This document shows positions 42,465-51,894 of a stretch of DNA of 64,000 bases, piece after piece. This DNA is from an uncultured delta proteobacterium (lineage in GTDB: Bacteria > Desulfobacterota > Syntrophia > Syntrophales > UBA5619): contig CAWFOM010000025.1 in the NCBI GenBank assembly GCA_963817385.1, positions 42,845 through 106,844 of the forward strand, given 5' to 3'. Below the pieces are notes generated by a model. It saw only the letters and a program-made list of their open reading frames with translations, was not told where the DNA came from and searched no databases. The position numbers and the translations under genes were made by a program. Positions within the stretch are counted from its first letter, which is position 1; every line of letters begins with the position of its first letter.

Positions 42465-44703
42465 ATGTCAAGCGAACTCAACGTTGTCGGAAAGAAAGTT
42501 GAACGGGTGGACGCTTTCGAACGGCTCGTGGGCGAGGCAAAATATGCCGCCGATATTTACCTGCCCGACATGCTCACGGTGAAGATCCTCCGAAGCCCCT
42601 ATCCCCACGCAAAGGTGATGAGGATCGATGCCGCCAAAGCACAGGCCCTTCCGGGGGTGAAGGCCATCCTCACCGCGGCTGATATGCCTGACTACCCTAT
42701 CCACAGAAGGGAGACACCCCCGACGGTGGTCATGCCTGTCCTTGCAACGACGGCCCGTTATGCCGGCGACGAGATCCTCGCCGTGGCGGCCGTGGATGAG
42801 GAGACGGCAGAGGAGGCCCTGGAGCTGATCAAGATTGACTATCAGATCCTTCCCTTTGTCCTCGACGTGGAAGAGGCGGTTCAACCCACCGCCCCAAAAC
42901 TCTATCCTGAGGGAAATGCGATCCAGGAAAAGGCGGACATCACGATCCGCGGCAACATCGATGAAGGGTTCAGAGCAGGCGGAGGTGATCCTCGAAGGGA
43001 AGTACAAAACCCACATGATCCAGCATACCACCCTGGAGCCCCGCGTCACGGTGGCGAGGTGGAGCGGAAAGAGACTCACCCTATGGGATTCCCACAAAGC
43101 CCCTTTTAGCTTGCGCACCGGCCTTGCCCGGGCATTAAGCATCAGGGTCAACCAGGTCCGGGTCCTCACCCACTTCATCGGCGGCGATTTCGGCGACAAG
43201 GGCAATCTGGAGAGGCAGCATATCATCGCCGCCCTTCTGGCAAAAAAAACCAGCCGGCCCGTCAAGCTGGAGTTTACCCGCGAAGAGAACTATCTCGGGG
43301 CCCATCACCGCTATCCAACGACTTGGTATCTTAAATACGGCGCGAAGAAAGACGGGACGCTCACCGCCATCCAGGTGAAGCTCTATGCAGATTCGGGCGC
43401 TTACTATCACTTCGACGGCGCATGGAATTCCCTCGAAGTCCCGCAAAAGGTCTACCGATGCCCCAACGTGAAGCTTGAGGGCTGGAACGTCTTTACCAAT
43501 AAGCCCGAGGGTGGGCATATGCGCTGCGTCGGCCACCCGGCGGGCATGTTCCCCCAGGAGGTCCATATGGACCGTCTGGCCGAGAAGCTCGGCATCGATC
43601 CCCTGACCTTCCGCCTCAAGAACTACGCCCGGAAGGAGGACGGCGACCAGGACCGAAAGATACCCTTTTCAAGCTGCGGCATGGAGGATTGCGTCAAGCT
43701 TGCTGCGGAGCGGTTCGGTTGGGATGCACGCTGGAGGAAGCCCGGCACAAGCGAGGGCCCGGTGAAGAAGGGCCTTGGCGTGGCCTTCCAGTCGTGCAGG
43801 CACGGGTCGCAATTCGGTCCCATGTCCGCCATCATCAAGCTCGACCCGGACGGCACGGTCGAACTCCTGAGCGGTCTCAACGACAGCGGCGGCGGCCAGA
43901 AGACGACCATGGCCATGATCGCCGCCGAGGGGCTGGGTATCCCTTACGAGGCCGTTGAAGTGACGACGGGCGATACGGACACCACAACAGACGCAGGCGG
44001 TCCTTCGGGGAGCCGGGGTACGGCCAGCATAGGCAATGCCGTAATGGACGCCGTCCGCGACGCAAAGAATCAATTGCTTGATGCCGCAGCCGAGCAATTG
44101 AAAAAGAAAAAGGAGGACCTCGAAATCAGGGACGGACGGATTTTTGTGAAGTCAGAAGAGGGTAAGTCCCTTTCCTACAAAGAGATCCTTTCGAGGGTAC
44201 CCAGTCCGATCATCGGCCGCGGCACTGCCAGGCCCCCGGTAAATACCGCGACGCACGGCTTCGGGGCCCATTTTGCGGAGGTGGCTGTGGACACGCGGAC
44301 CGGCAAGGTTGAGATACTGAAGCTGATCGCAGCCCACGATGTGGGCCGGACGATCAATCGCATCGGCTGTGAAAACCAGATTCAGGGCGGCGCCATCATG
44401 GGGATCGGCTTCGGCATGCTGGAAAAACAGCACATCGACCGGCAGACGGGCATCTGTACGAATCCCAATATGGTCGATTTCAAAATACCCTCCATCCTCG
44501 ACGTGCCGATCGTTGAGCCTATTATCGTGGAATCGGACGACCCCCTTGGACCCTTCGGCGCAAAAGGGATAGGCGAGCCCCCCTATGGAGTGCCGGCTCC
44601 TGCCATCGCCAATGCCATCTACAATGCGGTGGGCGTGCGGTTTGATGAGATTCCGATCAATATCCAGGCGGTCCTCGACGGGCTGAGCAAGGGGCAAGGA
44701 TAA
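42465..44703 (+). CDS. Molybdopterin-binding subunit (frameshift near 42975)
   Basis: RSPYPHA, IGGDFGDK, MRCVG, AHDVG, GAKGIGE. Confidence 0.9.
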
Positions 44704-44720
44704 AAAGAAAGGAGGAGCCG

Positions 44721-45710
44721 ATGAGAGGTTTTGAATATTATCAGGTAACAACGATAGCCCAGGCCACTGCTCTTCTGACCCGGCACCAGGACAAGGGCGC
44801 CATCCTCGCGGGCGGCAGCGACATGCTCGCCATGATGAAGGACAGGGTGGAAGGGCCTAAGCTTCATCCGCCCTCGCACCTCGTCGATATCAAGGGGATC
44901 AAGGATTTGAACACTATCAGCGAGCAGAGGAAGGGACTGAAAATCGGCGCCGCGACGACCGTGAGCGATATCGCATCCTCCCCCCTGGTTGCTGCCAGAT
45001 ACCCTCTGCTTACCCAGGCGGCCTCTCAGGTGGCGGTTCCCCAAATCCGCAACGTAGGCACCCTGGGAGGCAATCTCTGTCAGAGACCCCGTTGCTGGTA
45101 CTTCCGGGGGAAGCTCTTTAAGGAATGTTTCCGCAAGGGAGGAGATACCTGCTATGCACCGGGAGGAGAGAACCAGTATCACGCCATCTTCGGGGGAGAA
45201 AACTGCTACATGGTCTGCCCTTCCGATCTGGCCCCGGCACTGACAGTCCTCAACGCAAAGGTGGAGATCGCAGGTCCCAAGAGGAATAGGGTCGTTCCTT
45301 TGGAACAGTTCTATGTCCGACCGGAGAAAAACATCCTGAAAGAGACCATCCTCGGTCCCGCTGAAATGGTGCTGGCGGTGGAGATTCCGGCGCCGGCTTC
45401 CGGATCCAAGGGCGTTTATCTCAAGCTGAAAGAGCGTCAGGCCTTCGACTTCGCGATGGTGAGCGTGGCTGCCATGGTTGCCATGAAGGGCAATACTGTC
45501 TCCGCAGCCCGCATTGTTCTTGGCGGCGTAGCTCCGTTCCCTTTCCGGGCAACACGCGCTGAGGCGGCACTAACGGGAAAAACGATCAAGGATGGGATGG
45601 CAGATGCCTGCAAGGCCGCAATAGAAGGGGCTCAGCCGCTGAGCGGCAACGGATACAAGGTAAAGGCAGTGCAGGGGATAATTGAAAAGGCGCTGACCGC
45701 CCTGGTCTGA
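44721..45710 (+). CDS. FAD-binding subunit (PaoB-like, with 4Fe-4S cysteines)
   Basis: AGGSD, PQIRNVGTLGGNLCQRPRCWYFR. Confidence 0.92.
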   Translation: MRGFEYYQVTTIAQATALLTRHQDKGAILAGGSDMLAMMKDRVEGPKLHPPSHLVDIKGIKDLNTISEQRKGLKIGAATTVSDIASSPLVAARYPLLTQAASQVAVPQIRNVGTLGGNLCQRPRCWYFRGKLFKECFRKGGDTCYAPGGENQYHAIFGGENCYMVCPSDLAPALTVLNAKVEIAGPKRNRVVPLEQFYVRPEKNILKETILGPAEMVLAVEIPAPASGSKGVYLKLKERQAFDFAMVSVAAMVAMKGNTVSAARIVLGGVAPFPFRATRAEAALTGKTIKDGMADACKAAIEGAQPLSGNGYKVKAVQGIIEKALTALV

Positions 45711-45812
45711 GATGGCCCGGAGTGGAACGCCTCTTGACAGATGCACAGATGCACATCGATTATGCATTATTGATACATACAGTATTGCACATGAGGGAAA
45801 AGGGGTGAAATT

Positions 45813-46010
45813 GTGAGAACGACACTGAACATAGATGACAATCTTTTGGATCAGGCGGTGCAGTTGACCGGCATTTCGGAAAAAACCCAGTTGGTCAGAC
45901 TGGGACTCGAATCACTGATCGCAAGGGAAAGCGCCAAGCGGCTGGCCCTGTTGGGTGGAACAGAGAAAGGGCTGAAGGAGATACCCCGTAGGAGAAGCGC
46001 AGGGGCATAA
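45813..46010 (+). CDS. vapB: VapB antitoxin
   Basis: MRTTLNIDDNLL...KTQLV. Confidence 0.88.
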   Translation: MRTTLNIDDNLLDQAVQLTGISEKTQLVRLGLESLIARESAKRLALLGGTEKGLKEIPRRRSAGA

Positions 46011-46011
46011 C

Positions 46012-46308
46012 ATGGTCTTGGTCGATACCTCCGTATGGGTAGCGCATTTGCGCGACGGCAATAAGAGACTTGAAGCACTGCTCCATGAAGGTCATGTCCT
46101 CTGTCATCCATTGATCGTCGGGGAATTGGTATGCGGAAATCTGAAGAATAGAAGGCCAATCCTTCGTTTTCTGGAGCAACTGCCGATGGTCGCCGTGGCC
46201 CGGCATGAAGAAGTGCTGATCTTCATCGAACGCCATGCCTTGATGGGAAAAGGGTTGGATCGGATCTCTTCTTCACTCGGGCTGTCTTATCCAGGTGGGC
46301 TGGAATAA
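46012..46308 (+). pseudogene. vapC: VapC PIN toxin, C-terminally truncated
   Basis: LVDTSVW, HPLIVGEL; homology stops after MGKGL and the last acidic PIN residues are missing. Confidence 0.75.
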
Positions 46309-46345
46309 CGTGAAAGCCTGCCTTACCGGTTCACAAGACCTCCAG

Positions 46346-47599
46346 CTATTTTTTCCCCGACGAATGGATGTCATCGCTTTGCTCGAAGAGAATGTCCACG
46401 TTCAGGGTTTGGTCCTGCCGTTCAATCTGCAGGAGCCCGTGCGAGCCGGGCTGCTTCTGTTTCAGGGCATAGACCAGGTCGAAGGTATCTAGCAGGGCTT
46501 CTCCATCGATGGCTATGAGCAGATCCCCCGGCCGCAGGCCGGCGCGCTCGGCATTGGAGCCCGGCGCCACGCTCTTGACCGCCAGGCCGCGGCCCGTCGG
46601 CGCGGGCTCCATCATCACACCGAGCGTGACTCCCGTTTGCGGCAGGTCTTCGTAGGCAAGGTAAACAACAAAATCATAGGGCACCATGGGAAAATCGGGA
46701 ACATCGACGTCCAGCAACCGGTTTTGCTTGTCGGCCGAAAGGTTGATTTCCCTGCCGCCGATCAGGACATACGACACGGGCAGCCGGCGGAAGACGCGGC
46801 GCGGGATGCCGAAGCCGCTCTGCACGTGGTTGCCGCCGGCAACCACCAGGAGATAGTTGTCTTTGCCGGCCGGGCTCGACAGGTAGCGGGCCGCCGCCTC
46901 GGCCATGGTCTCATCCCACAGCGTCTGGATACGGACGAAACCGTCGAGCTGCATGCCCCCGTGCCTGCTGTCGCCGAAGATAGCCTCCACCAGGCCGCGG
47001 TGGTAGGGATCGGTCAGGTCGAGTTGCGGCAGCCGGGCCCGATCCTCCGCGCTGAGTTGGTCCGGGGTCTTGCTGCGCAGCGCGGTCACCAAGCTCTTTT
47101 CCGCGTTCAGGGCGATGATGGTGATGCGCCGCTCGCGCGCGAAGTTCAGCAGATCACGGTAGTAGCCGAAGTCCATGTTCCAGTTATCGAACCAGCGCGA
47201 TTCCTTGAGAAAGGTCTTCTCGTCCAGAAGGCCGGCAATCCAGCGGTCAAGGACAGGCTGCTGAGCGCGGGAAAACATCTCCATGCCGATGGCCTGGCGG
47301 CCGGGGTGGCGCTGGGCGAGGGCCTCCAGGAGCTGTACCTCCAGACGGTGCGACGCAGGGTTGTCATGGGTTTCGCCGAGATAGACAATGCGCGCATCGC
47401 CGGCGACGGCGAACATCTGCTCCTGACTGACAAGGATGCCGGTCGGCAGGTGCACGATATCGCCGATTTTTGGCGGAGCCTGAAGGGGGTAAGGGTTCTG
47501 GGGATCGCCCATCAGGTGTTTTCCCAGGGGGGTGCAGGCGGTCAGGGCAAAAATGCTCAGCGCCGCGGTGAGATGCAAAGGGGAAGAAAAACGGATCAT
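46346..47599 (-). CDS. ChaN-family lipoprotein with C-terminal PDZ domain
   Basis: LTAC lipobox, YLGETHDN, GMEMF, WDETMA, AGGNH; PGSNAERAGLRPGD. Confidence 0.85.
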   Translation of the reverse strand: MIRFSSPLHLTAALSIFALTACTPLGKHLMGDPQNPYPLQAPPKIGDIVHLPTGILVSQEQMFAVAGDARIVYLGETHDNPASHRLEVQLLEALAQRHPGRQAIGMEMFSRAQQPVLDRWIAGLLDEKTFLKESRWFDNWNMDFGYYRDLLNFARERRITIIALNAEKSLVTALRSKTPDQLSAEDRARLPQLDLTDPYHRGLVEAIFGDSRHGGMQLDGFVRIQTLWDETMAEAAARYLSSPAGKDNYLLVVAGGNHVQSGFGIPRRVFRRLPVSYVLIGGREINLSADKQNRLLDVDVPDFPMVPYDFVVYLAYEDLPQTGVTLGVMMEPAPTGRGLAVKSVAPGSNAERAGLRPGDLLIAIDGEALLDTFDLVYALKQKQPGSHGLLQIERQDQTLNVDILFEQSDDIHSSGKK

Positions 47600-47884
47600 G
47601 CCGCCTCCTAAACAGTTGAGGATACGATTGGTACTATCCTGATGTACTTTTATCGTGCACCCAGCCGCCCGTCGGGACGGCCGGATATGACAAGAGCTTA
47701 CTTTTTCCGAGGGGGAATGTAAAGAAAAGGAGATTCATCGTCAAGAAAACAACCGGGGTGACGCGTTTTCATGGTCCGGCGGTCGGTGACCGGCCATTCA
47801 ATACTCTGATGGCTCGGACGCTGCGCGCCGAGCCATCGGCGCTGCGAATTGCCATCCACTTGCTGTCCCGGCGCTTCGCGCCAG

Positions 47885-47967
47885 GCCATCAAGCGGCTGC
47901 AGCGGACAGCCGTCCCCGCGAGCAAGCTCGCGTGTACGCCAGCCGCTGATCCGCAGCGCCGTTCAAC
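47885..47967 (+). mobile_element. Isolated degenerate attC-like hairpin
   Basis: AAGCGGCT(G)CAGCGGAC...CGCGAGC-AA-GCTCGCG...GCCGCTGATCCGC...GTT; R boxes eroded. Confidence 0.5.
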
Positions 47968-48112
47968 AATCTTGCTATCGGCAGACCGATTTCATATAAT
48001 GGGCCGGCAATGAATCGGCGGGGCCTTGTCATGAATGGGCGCGTCATTGGCGTCGCCACCCCGGCCCAATAGTCTCTTCCCGGATACTGTTTCGTCGAGC
48101 GAGAGGGTGAAG

Positions 48113-49441
48113 ATGAACCGAAAAATCATCGAGAGGTTGTCGCCAAGATCATGGACACCCGGGTTCATCGTATCGATTTCGATCACCCTGGTTTCCCTTT
48201 TTTTGATCTATCATTTTGTCCGACCCATTCCCCCGGATACGTTGACCATGACCACGGGGATGGAGGGCGGGTCGTTCGTTGTTTTCGCCGAGCGGTATCG
48301 GCAGGTACTCGCCCGCGACGGCATCCGGGTCAAATTGATTCCCTCATCGGGGATGGTGGAGAATCTGCGGCTTTTGAGCGATGAGTCCCATGGGGTTGAT
48401 GCGTCTTTCGTCCAGGGGGCGATCGGCAGGGGAGAGATCGCGGCGAATCTGGTGTCGCTGGGCAGCCTCACGTACACGCCCTTGTGGGTCTTTTACCGGG
48501 GTGATGAAATCCTTGATGACCTGTCCCAACTCAGAGGGAAGCGGATCGTCATCGGACCCAAGGGAAGCGGCATTCAAAAGCTCTCCCTGAACCTGCTTAA
48601 GGCCGCCGCCGCCGCTGATCCTCCCACTGTTATGTATGAGTATCCTTACAACGGCGCCATGGAGGCGATCATGACGGGCAGGGCGGATGCGGTCATGGCG
48701 TTCGGTTCGGCCGACAGCCAGGTGGTGACGAAGCTGCTCAATGCAAACGGGATCAAACTGATGAACTTCAGCCAGGCCGAGGCCTATACGCGGCTTTTCC
48801 CGGCCCTGTCGCACGTGATCCTGCCCCGGGGAGGGTTGAGCCTGCCGAAGCGGTTGCCCCCTTCGGACATCCATCTATTGTCTCCGACGGCGAACCTCAT
48901 CGTCCGCAAGAGCCTGCATCCCGCCCTGGCGTATCTGCTTTTGAAGGCCTCGGTGGAGATCCACAGCGGCGCGGGATGGGTACATAAGGCGGGGGAATTC
49001 CCCTCGCTCACCAAACAGGACTACCCGATCAGCGAGCAGGCCGAGCGGTTTTACAAGTCGGGCGGCTCCCTGCTCTACCACTACCTCCCCTTCTGGGCGG
49101 CCACGTTCATCGACCGGATGATCCTGGTCCTTATCCCCTTGGGAATCCTTCTGTTCCCCGTCATTGGAATCATGCCGCGGATTTACACCTGGCGTAACCG
49201 GTCGAAGTACTACCGCTGGTACCGTGAACTGAGCAATATTGAGAAAGAATTACTGGTACATCCGCAACCGGAAGTGCTCAAGAGCTTTCGGGCGCATCTC
49301 GACCGGATCGAAAAGGCCGTCAGCGACATCCGCGTCTCGGTTGGTTTTTATGATCAGGTGTTCACGCTCAAGGAGCACATCCAGATGGTAAGGCAGAAAC
49401 TGCTCAGTTTGAAGCACGAATCTCCGGATAAGTTTGATTAA
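48113..49441 (+). CDS. TAXI-family TRAP solute receptor with a C-terminal membrane segment
   Basis: TGMEGGSF, SGMVENL, FVQG, LRGKRIVIGPKGSG, YLPFWAA. Confidence 0.85.
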   Translation: MNRKIIERLSPRSWTPGFIVSISITLVSLFLIYHFVRPIPPDTLTMTTGMEGGSFVVFAERYRQVLARDGIRVKLIPSSGMVENLRLLSDESHGVDASFVQGAIGRGEIAANLVSLGSLTYTPLWVFYRGDEILDDLSQLRGKRIVIGPKGSGIQKLSLNLLKAAAAADPPTVMYEYPYNGAMEAIMTGRADAVMAFGSADSQVVTKLLNANGIKLMNFSQAEAYTRLFPALSHVILPRGGLSLPKRLPPSDIHLLSPTANLIVRKSLHPALAYLLLKASVEIHSGAGWVHKAGEFPSLTKQDYPISEQAERFYKSGGSLLYHYLPFWAATFIDRMILVLIPLGILLFPVIGIMPRIYTWRNRSKYYRWYRELSNIEKELLVHPQPEVLKSFRAHLDRIEKAVSDIRVSVGFYDQVFTLKEHIQMVRQKLLSLKHESPDKFD

Positions 49442-49533
49442 TGTTCAGGGCTTGCCCCGTTCCAGGGCGATGACCCCGGTTCGCGAAAAGTCCTCCATTC
49501 CCAGCGCAGGCGGGTCGGGATCTCTTCGATCTC
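49442..49533 (-). repeat. Diverged duplicate of the ilvN 3' end (51372-51467)
   Basis: Encodes ALGMEDFSRTGVIALERGKP* with synonymous changes and a 4-nt deletion. Confidence 0.9.
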
Positions 49534-49621
49534 CTCTGTTTTTGTTCGTTTGTGCCTCTTTTGGTCTTTGTGTACGCTGGAATGACGAAAAACGGCGATG
49601 TATGAATTTTTTCCGGTTCCG

Positions 49622-50377
49622 TCAATCCTCCTGCCGGAATGAAAAAATGGCGCTCTGGATAATTTTTGTGACTTTGCTCATCTGCTCCGCTGTCATGTAT
49701 GCCCCGCGAAGCCTGTGAACCTGCTGGCGATATTCCCTTGCATGTTCTTCTGACCAGAAGAAGACGCTCTCCCTTCAAAAGGCATTGATAATGCTTACAT
49801 CGTCAAGTTTGAGAAGATTGATATCGGGTACGAAGACAATCGGGGCGCACCCTTTTTCTTTCACCTGATAGTTGAGATCGCTGTCGATCTCTATTTCCAT
49901 GGATCTGGAGCAGTGGGCGCATTCTGTTTTGATGACGACCGATACGAATTCTTTTCTGAGTCGCCCTTGCACGAAGGGCGTCGCAAACGCGTCGGCTGCT
50001 CAGGCTGCATACAGCCGCTCGCCGGTATGAAAAATCACTTGGTGTGGTGTTTTTTCAACCGTTACGGGATATGCCCACTCAATTTCCCCGTGTGCGTTCC
50101 TGAAGATAAAAGTCATGTGCGATTCCAGGTCATCCAGGATGGCAATCATCCGCCTGACGGGAATATTCAATGCATTCGAGATAAACTCCGGTGATAACGG
50201 TTTTCCTGCAATCGGAAGTTCCCGGACGACGAAGTGGTGTACCAGCCGATGCTCCTCAGACATAAAGGCAAGATTGTCGGCAAATTTCCTTTTTCCTCTG
50301 GCGATCTGCTTTTCCCACAAGAACGGAGGAACGTTGAGCATGTATCGCCACAACCCCATCATGAGTCTATTTTTCAT
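49622..50377 (-). CDS. merB: MerB-like organomercurial lyase with two selenocysteines (U126, U201), 251 aa
   Basis: In-frame TGA at 50000-50002 (LYAA-U-AAD) and 49775-49777 (INAF-U-RESVFFWSEEHA) match the MerB catalytic CxxD and FC motifs; AYPVT...TPH; the frame stays open to TGA 49622. Confidence 0.85.
49745..49762 (-). promoter_or_regulatory. SECIS element for the second Sec
   Basis: UUCUUCU-GGUC-AGAAGAA; loop starts 19 nt after the UGA; GGUC loop as in the E. coli fdhF SECIS. Confidence 0.8.
49962..49980 (-). promoter_or_regulatory. SECIS element for the first Sec
   Basis: CGCCCUU-CGUGC-AAGGGCG; loop starts 26 nt after the UGA, with G at position 2. Confidence 0.75.
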
Positions 50378-50446
50378 CGTGTGGACCTCCTGTTAGTTAC
50401 CATGATGTTAACGAGCATCCCCATCATACGGAATGCAGCCCAATAA

Positions 50447-50980
50447 TCAGGTTCGGGACCATTGACGGATCCGCTCGATCTCTTCGCCGGTAATGCCCAG
50501 CCCCTCGAGGAACTCCTGATGCAGTAAGGGGGAGAGTTTTTCAAACTCCTGATGCCATTTCACCATTCCCTCGTCGTCAAGGCCAACAGCTCGGAGAAGG
50601 GCAATCCATCCTTCCTTGTCCATGAAGGGGATCCGTTCCCGAAGCGACCTGTCACCCAGCATACGGATAATAACATGTTGCTGTTCACGCAGGCTGCCGA
50701 TCTCCTTTCCGAGGGCAAGCAAACGTTTCTCCAGGATGTCTCGCACGCCGCTCTGCGGTGACTTGAGGATCTCACGGATTGAGGCCATAGAGAGCCCTAC
50801 CTGGCGGTACATGCAGATCAACTGCAACCGATTGGAATCTTCCTGCGTGTATCTTCGGTAATTTGCCCGGCTTCTCCCCGATGGTTGCAGAAGGCCGATC
50901 GAATCATAATAAAGGAGTGTGCTTCGGGAAAGGCCGAATTGTTTAGCAAGTTGTCCAATGGTCACTGCAGGCGATGTCAT
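50447..50980 (-). CDS. MerR-family transcriptional regulator
   Basis: TIGQLAKQFGLSRSTLLYYDSIGLL, NYRRY; ATG at 50980 overlaps the stop of the upstream small ORF. Confidence 0.92.
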   Translation of the reverse strand: MTSPAVTIGQLAKQFGLSRSTLLYYDSIGLLQPSGRSRANYRRYTQEDSNRLQLICMYRQVGLSMASIREILKSPQSGVRDILEKRLLALGKEIGSLREQQHVIIRMLGDRSLRERIPFMDKEGWIALLRAVGLDDEGMVKWHQEFEKLSPLLHQEFLEGLGITGEEIERIRQWSRT

Positions 50981-51066
50981 CTTGGCCACGCCGATTTCTT
51001 CAGCACAAAGCCGATCGTAACGAAATGATTTATGCGCACACCTGATAAACGCACCTTGGATGACAT
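50977..51066 (-). CDS. 29-aa small ORF coupled to merR (leader peptide or gene remnant)
   Basis: MSSKVRLSGVRINHFVTIGFVLKKSAWPR; RBS AGAGGGG; ATGA overlap with merR. Confidence 0.45.
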   Translation of the reverse strand: MSSKVRLSGVRINHFVTIGFVLKKSAWPR

Positions 51067-51120
51067 GTTTCCCCTCTTTGCACTTGTGTTGTGTGTCGTC
51101 ATGGTTAGCACCTGAATCTG

Positions 51121-51151
51121 ATTCTGAACTATGAGGTGGTAGTCAGGTCAA
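51121..51151 (-). promoter_or_regulatory. MerR-type promoter/operator
   Basis: TTGACC-N19-CAGAAT with dyad CTGACTA...TAGTTCAG in the spacer. Confidence 0.75.
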
Positions 51152-51374
51152 GCTTTTTTTGGGGTATTCCCGGATAGGGTTTTTGAAGTGCACTTGTACA
51201 GACGTCGCCGAGCACCTGTGTTAACTTGGCGTGATGGGGTTATCTATGCCTCCCAGGGGGTAGTCGGGATCGCCGTAGGAGGTATTGTGTTCAATGATTG
51301 ATTGACCGGCTGGATCCCGGGATCGCTCAAATGGCCTCATTGAGCAGCGATCCGGGCGAGGGATGGCTTCCTGT

Positions 51375-51869
51375 TCAGGGTTTGCCCCGTTCCAGGGCAA
51401 TAACTCCGGTTCGCGAAAAGTCCTCCATTCCCAGCGCTTCCAGGCGGGTCAGGATCTCTTCGAGCTCTTCCTTGTCCCCGGTGAATTCCAGGACAGCCAA
51501 ACCGGATTCCTCGTTCACCATCTTCCCGCCGCGGGTGTCGACAAGCTCCCGGATGGCCGCTTGCCGCTCCCCGGTCAGGGGGACGCGGGCCAGGATCATC
51601 TCGCGTTGCACCGAATCGGGCCGGCGGAGCCTCCGGGCCTCCAGCACATCGACCAGACGGTTCAACTGTTTGATGACCTTGGCGATCGTATCCTGCGTTG
51701 TCAGGGTGGTAATGATAATCTTGGTGACGGCCGGGTTCCGGGTGATATTCGCCGAGATGCTTTCGATATTGAATCCCCGGGCGCTGAAGGTGCCGGCTAT
51801 GCGGGCCAGGACATCGGGCCTGTTGTAAACGATTACGGATATCGCTCGTTCTTTCAACTGGGTTGGCAT
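51375..51869 (-). CDS. ilvN: Acetolactate synthase small subunit
   Basis: NRPDVLARIAGTFSARGFNIESI, KQLNRLVDV, RTG. Confidence 0.95.
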   Translation of the reverse strand: MPTQLKERAISVIVYNRPDVLARIAGTFSARGFNIESISANITRNPAVTKIIITTLTTQDTIAKVIKQLNRLVDVLEARRLRRPDSVQREMILARVPLTGERQAAIRELVDTRGGKMVNEESGLAVLEFTGDKEELEEILTRLEALGMEDFSRTGVIALERGKP

Positions 51870-51894
51870 GGTCGCTCCTCTTCGTTCTGTTTAT

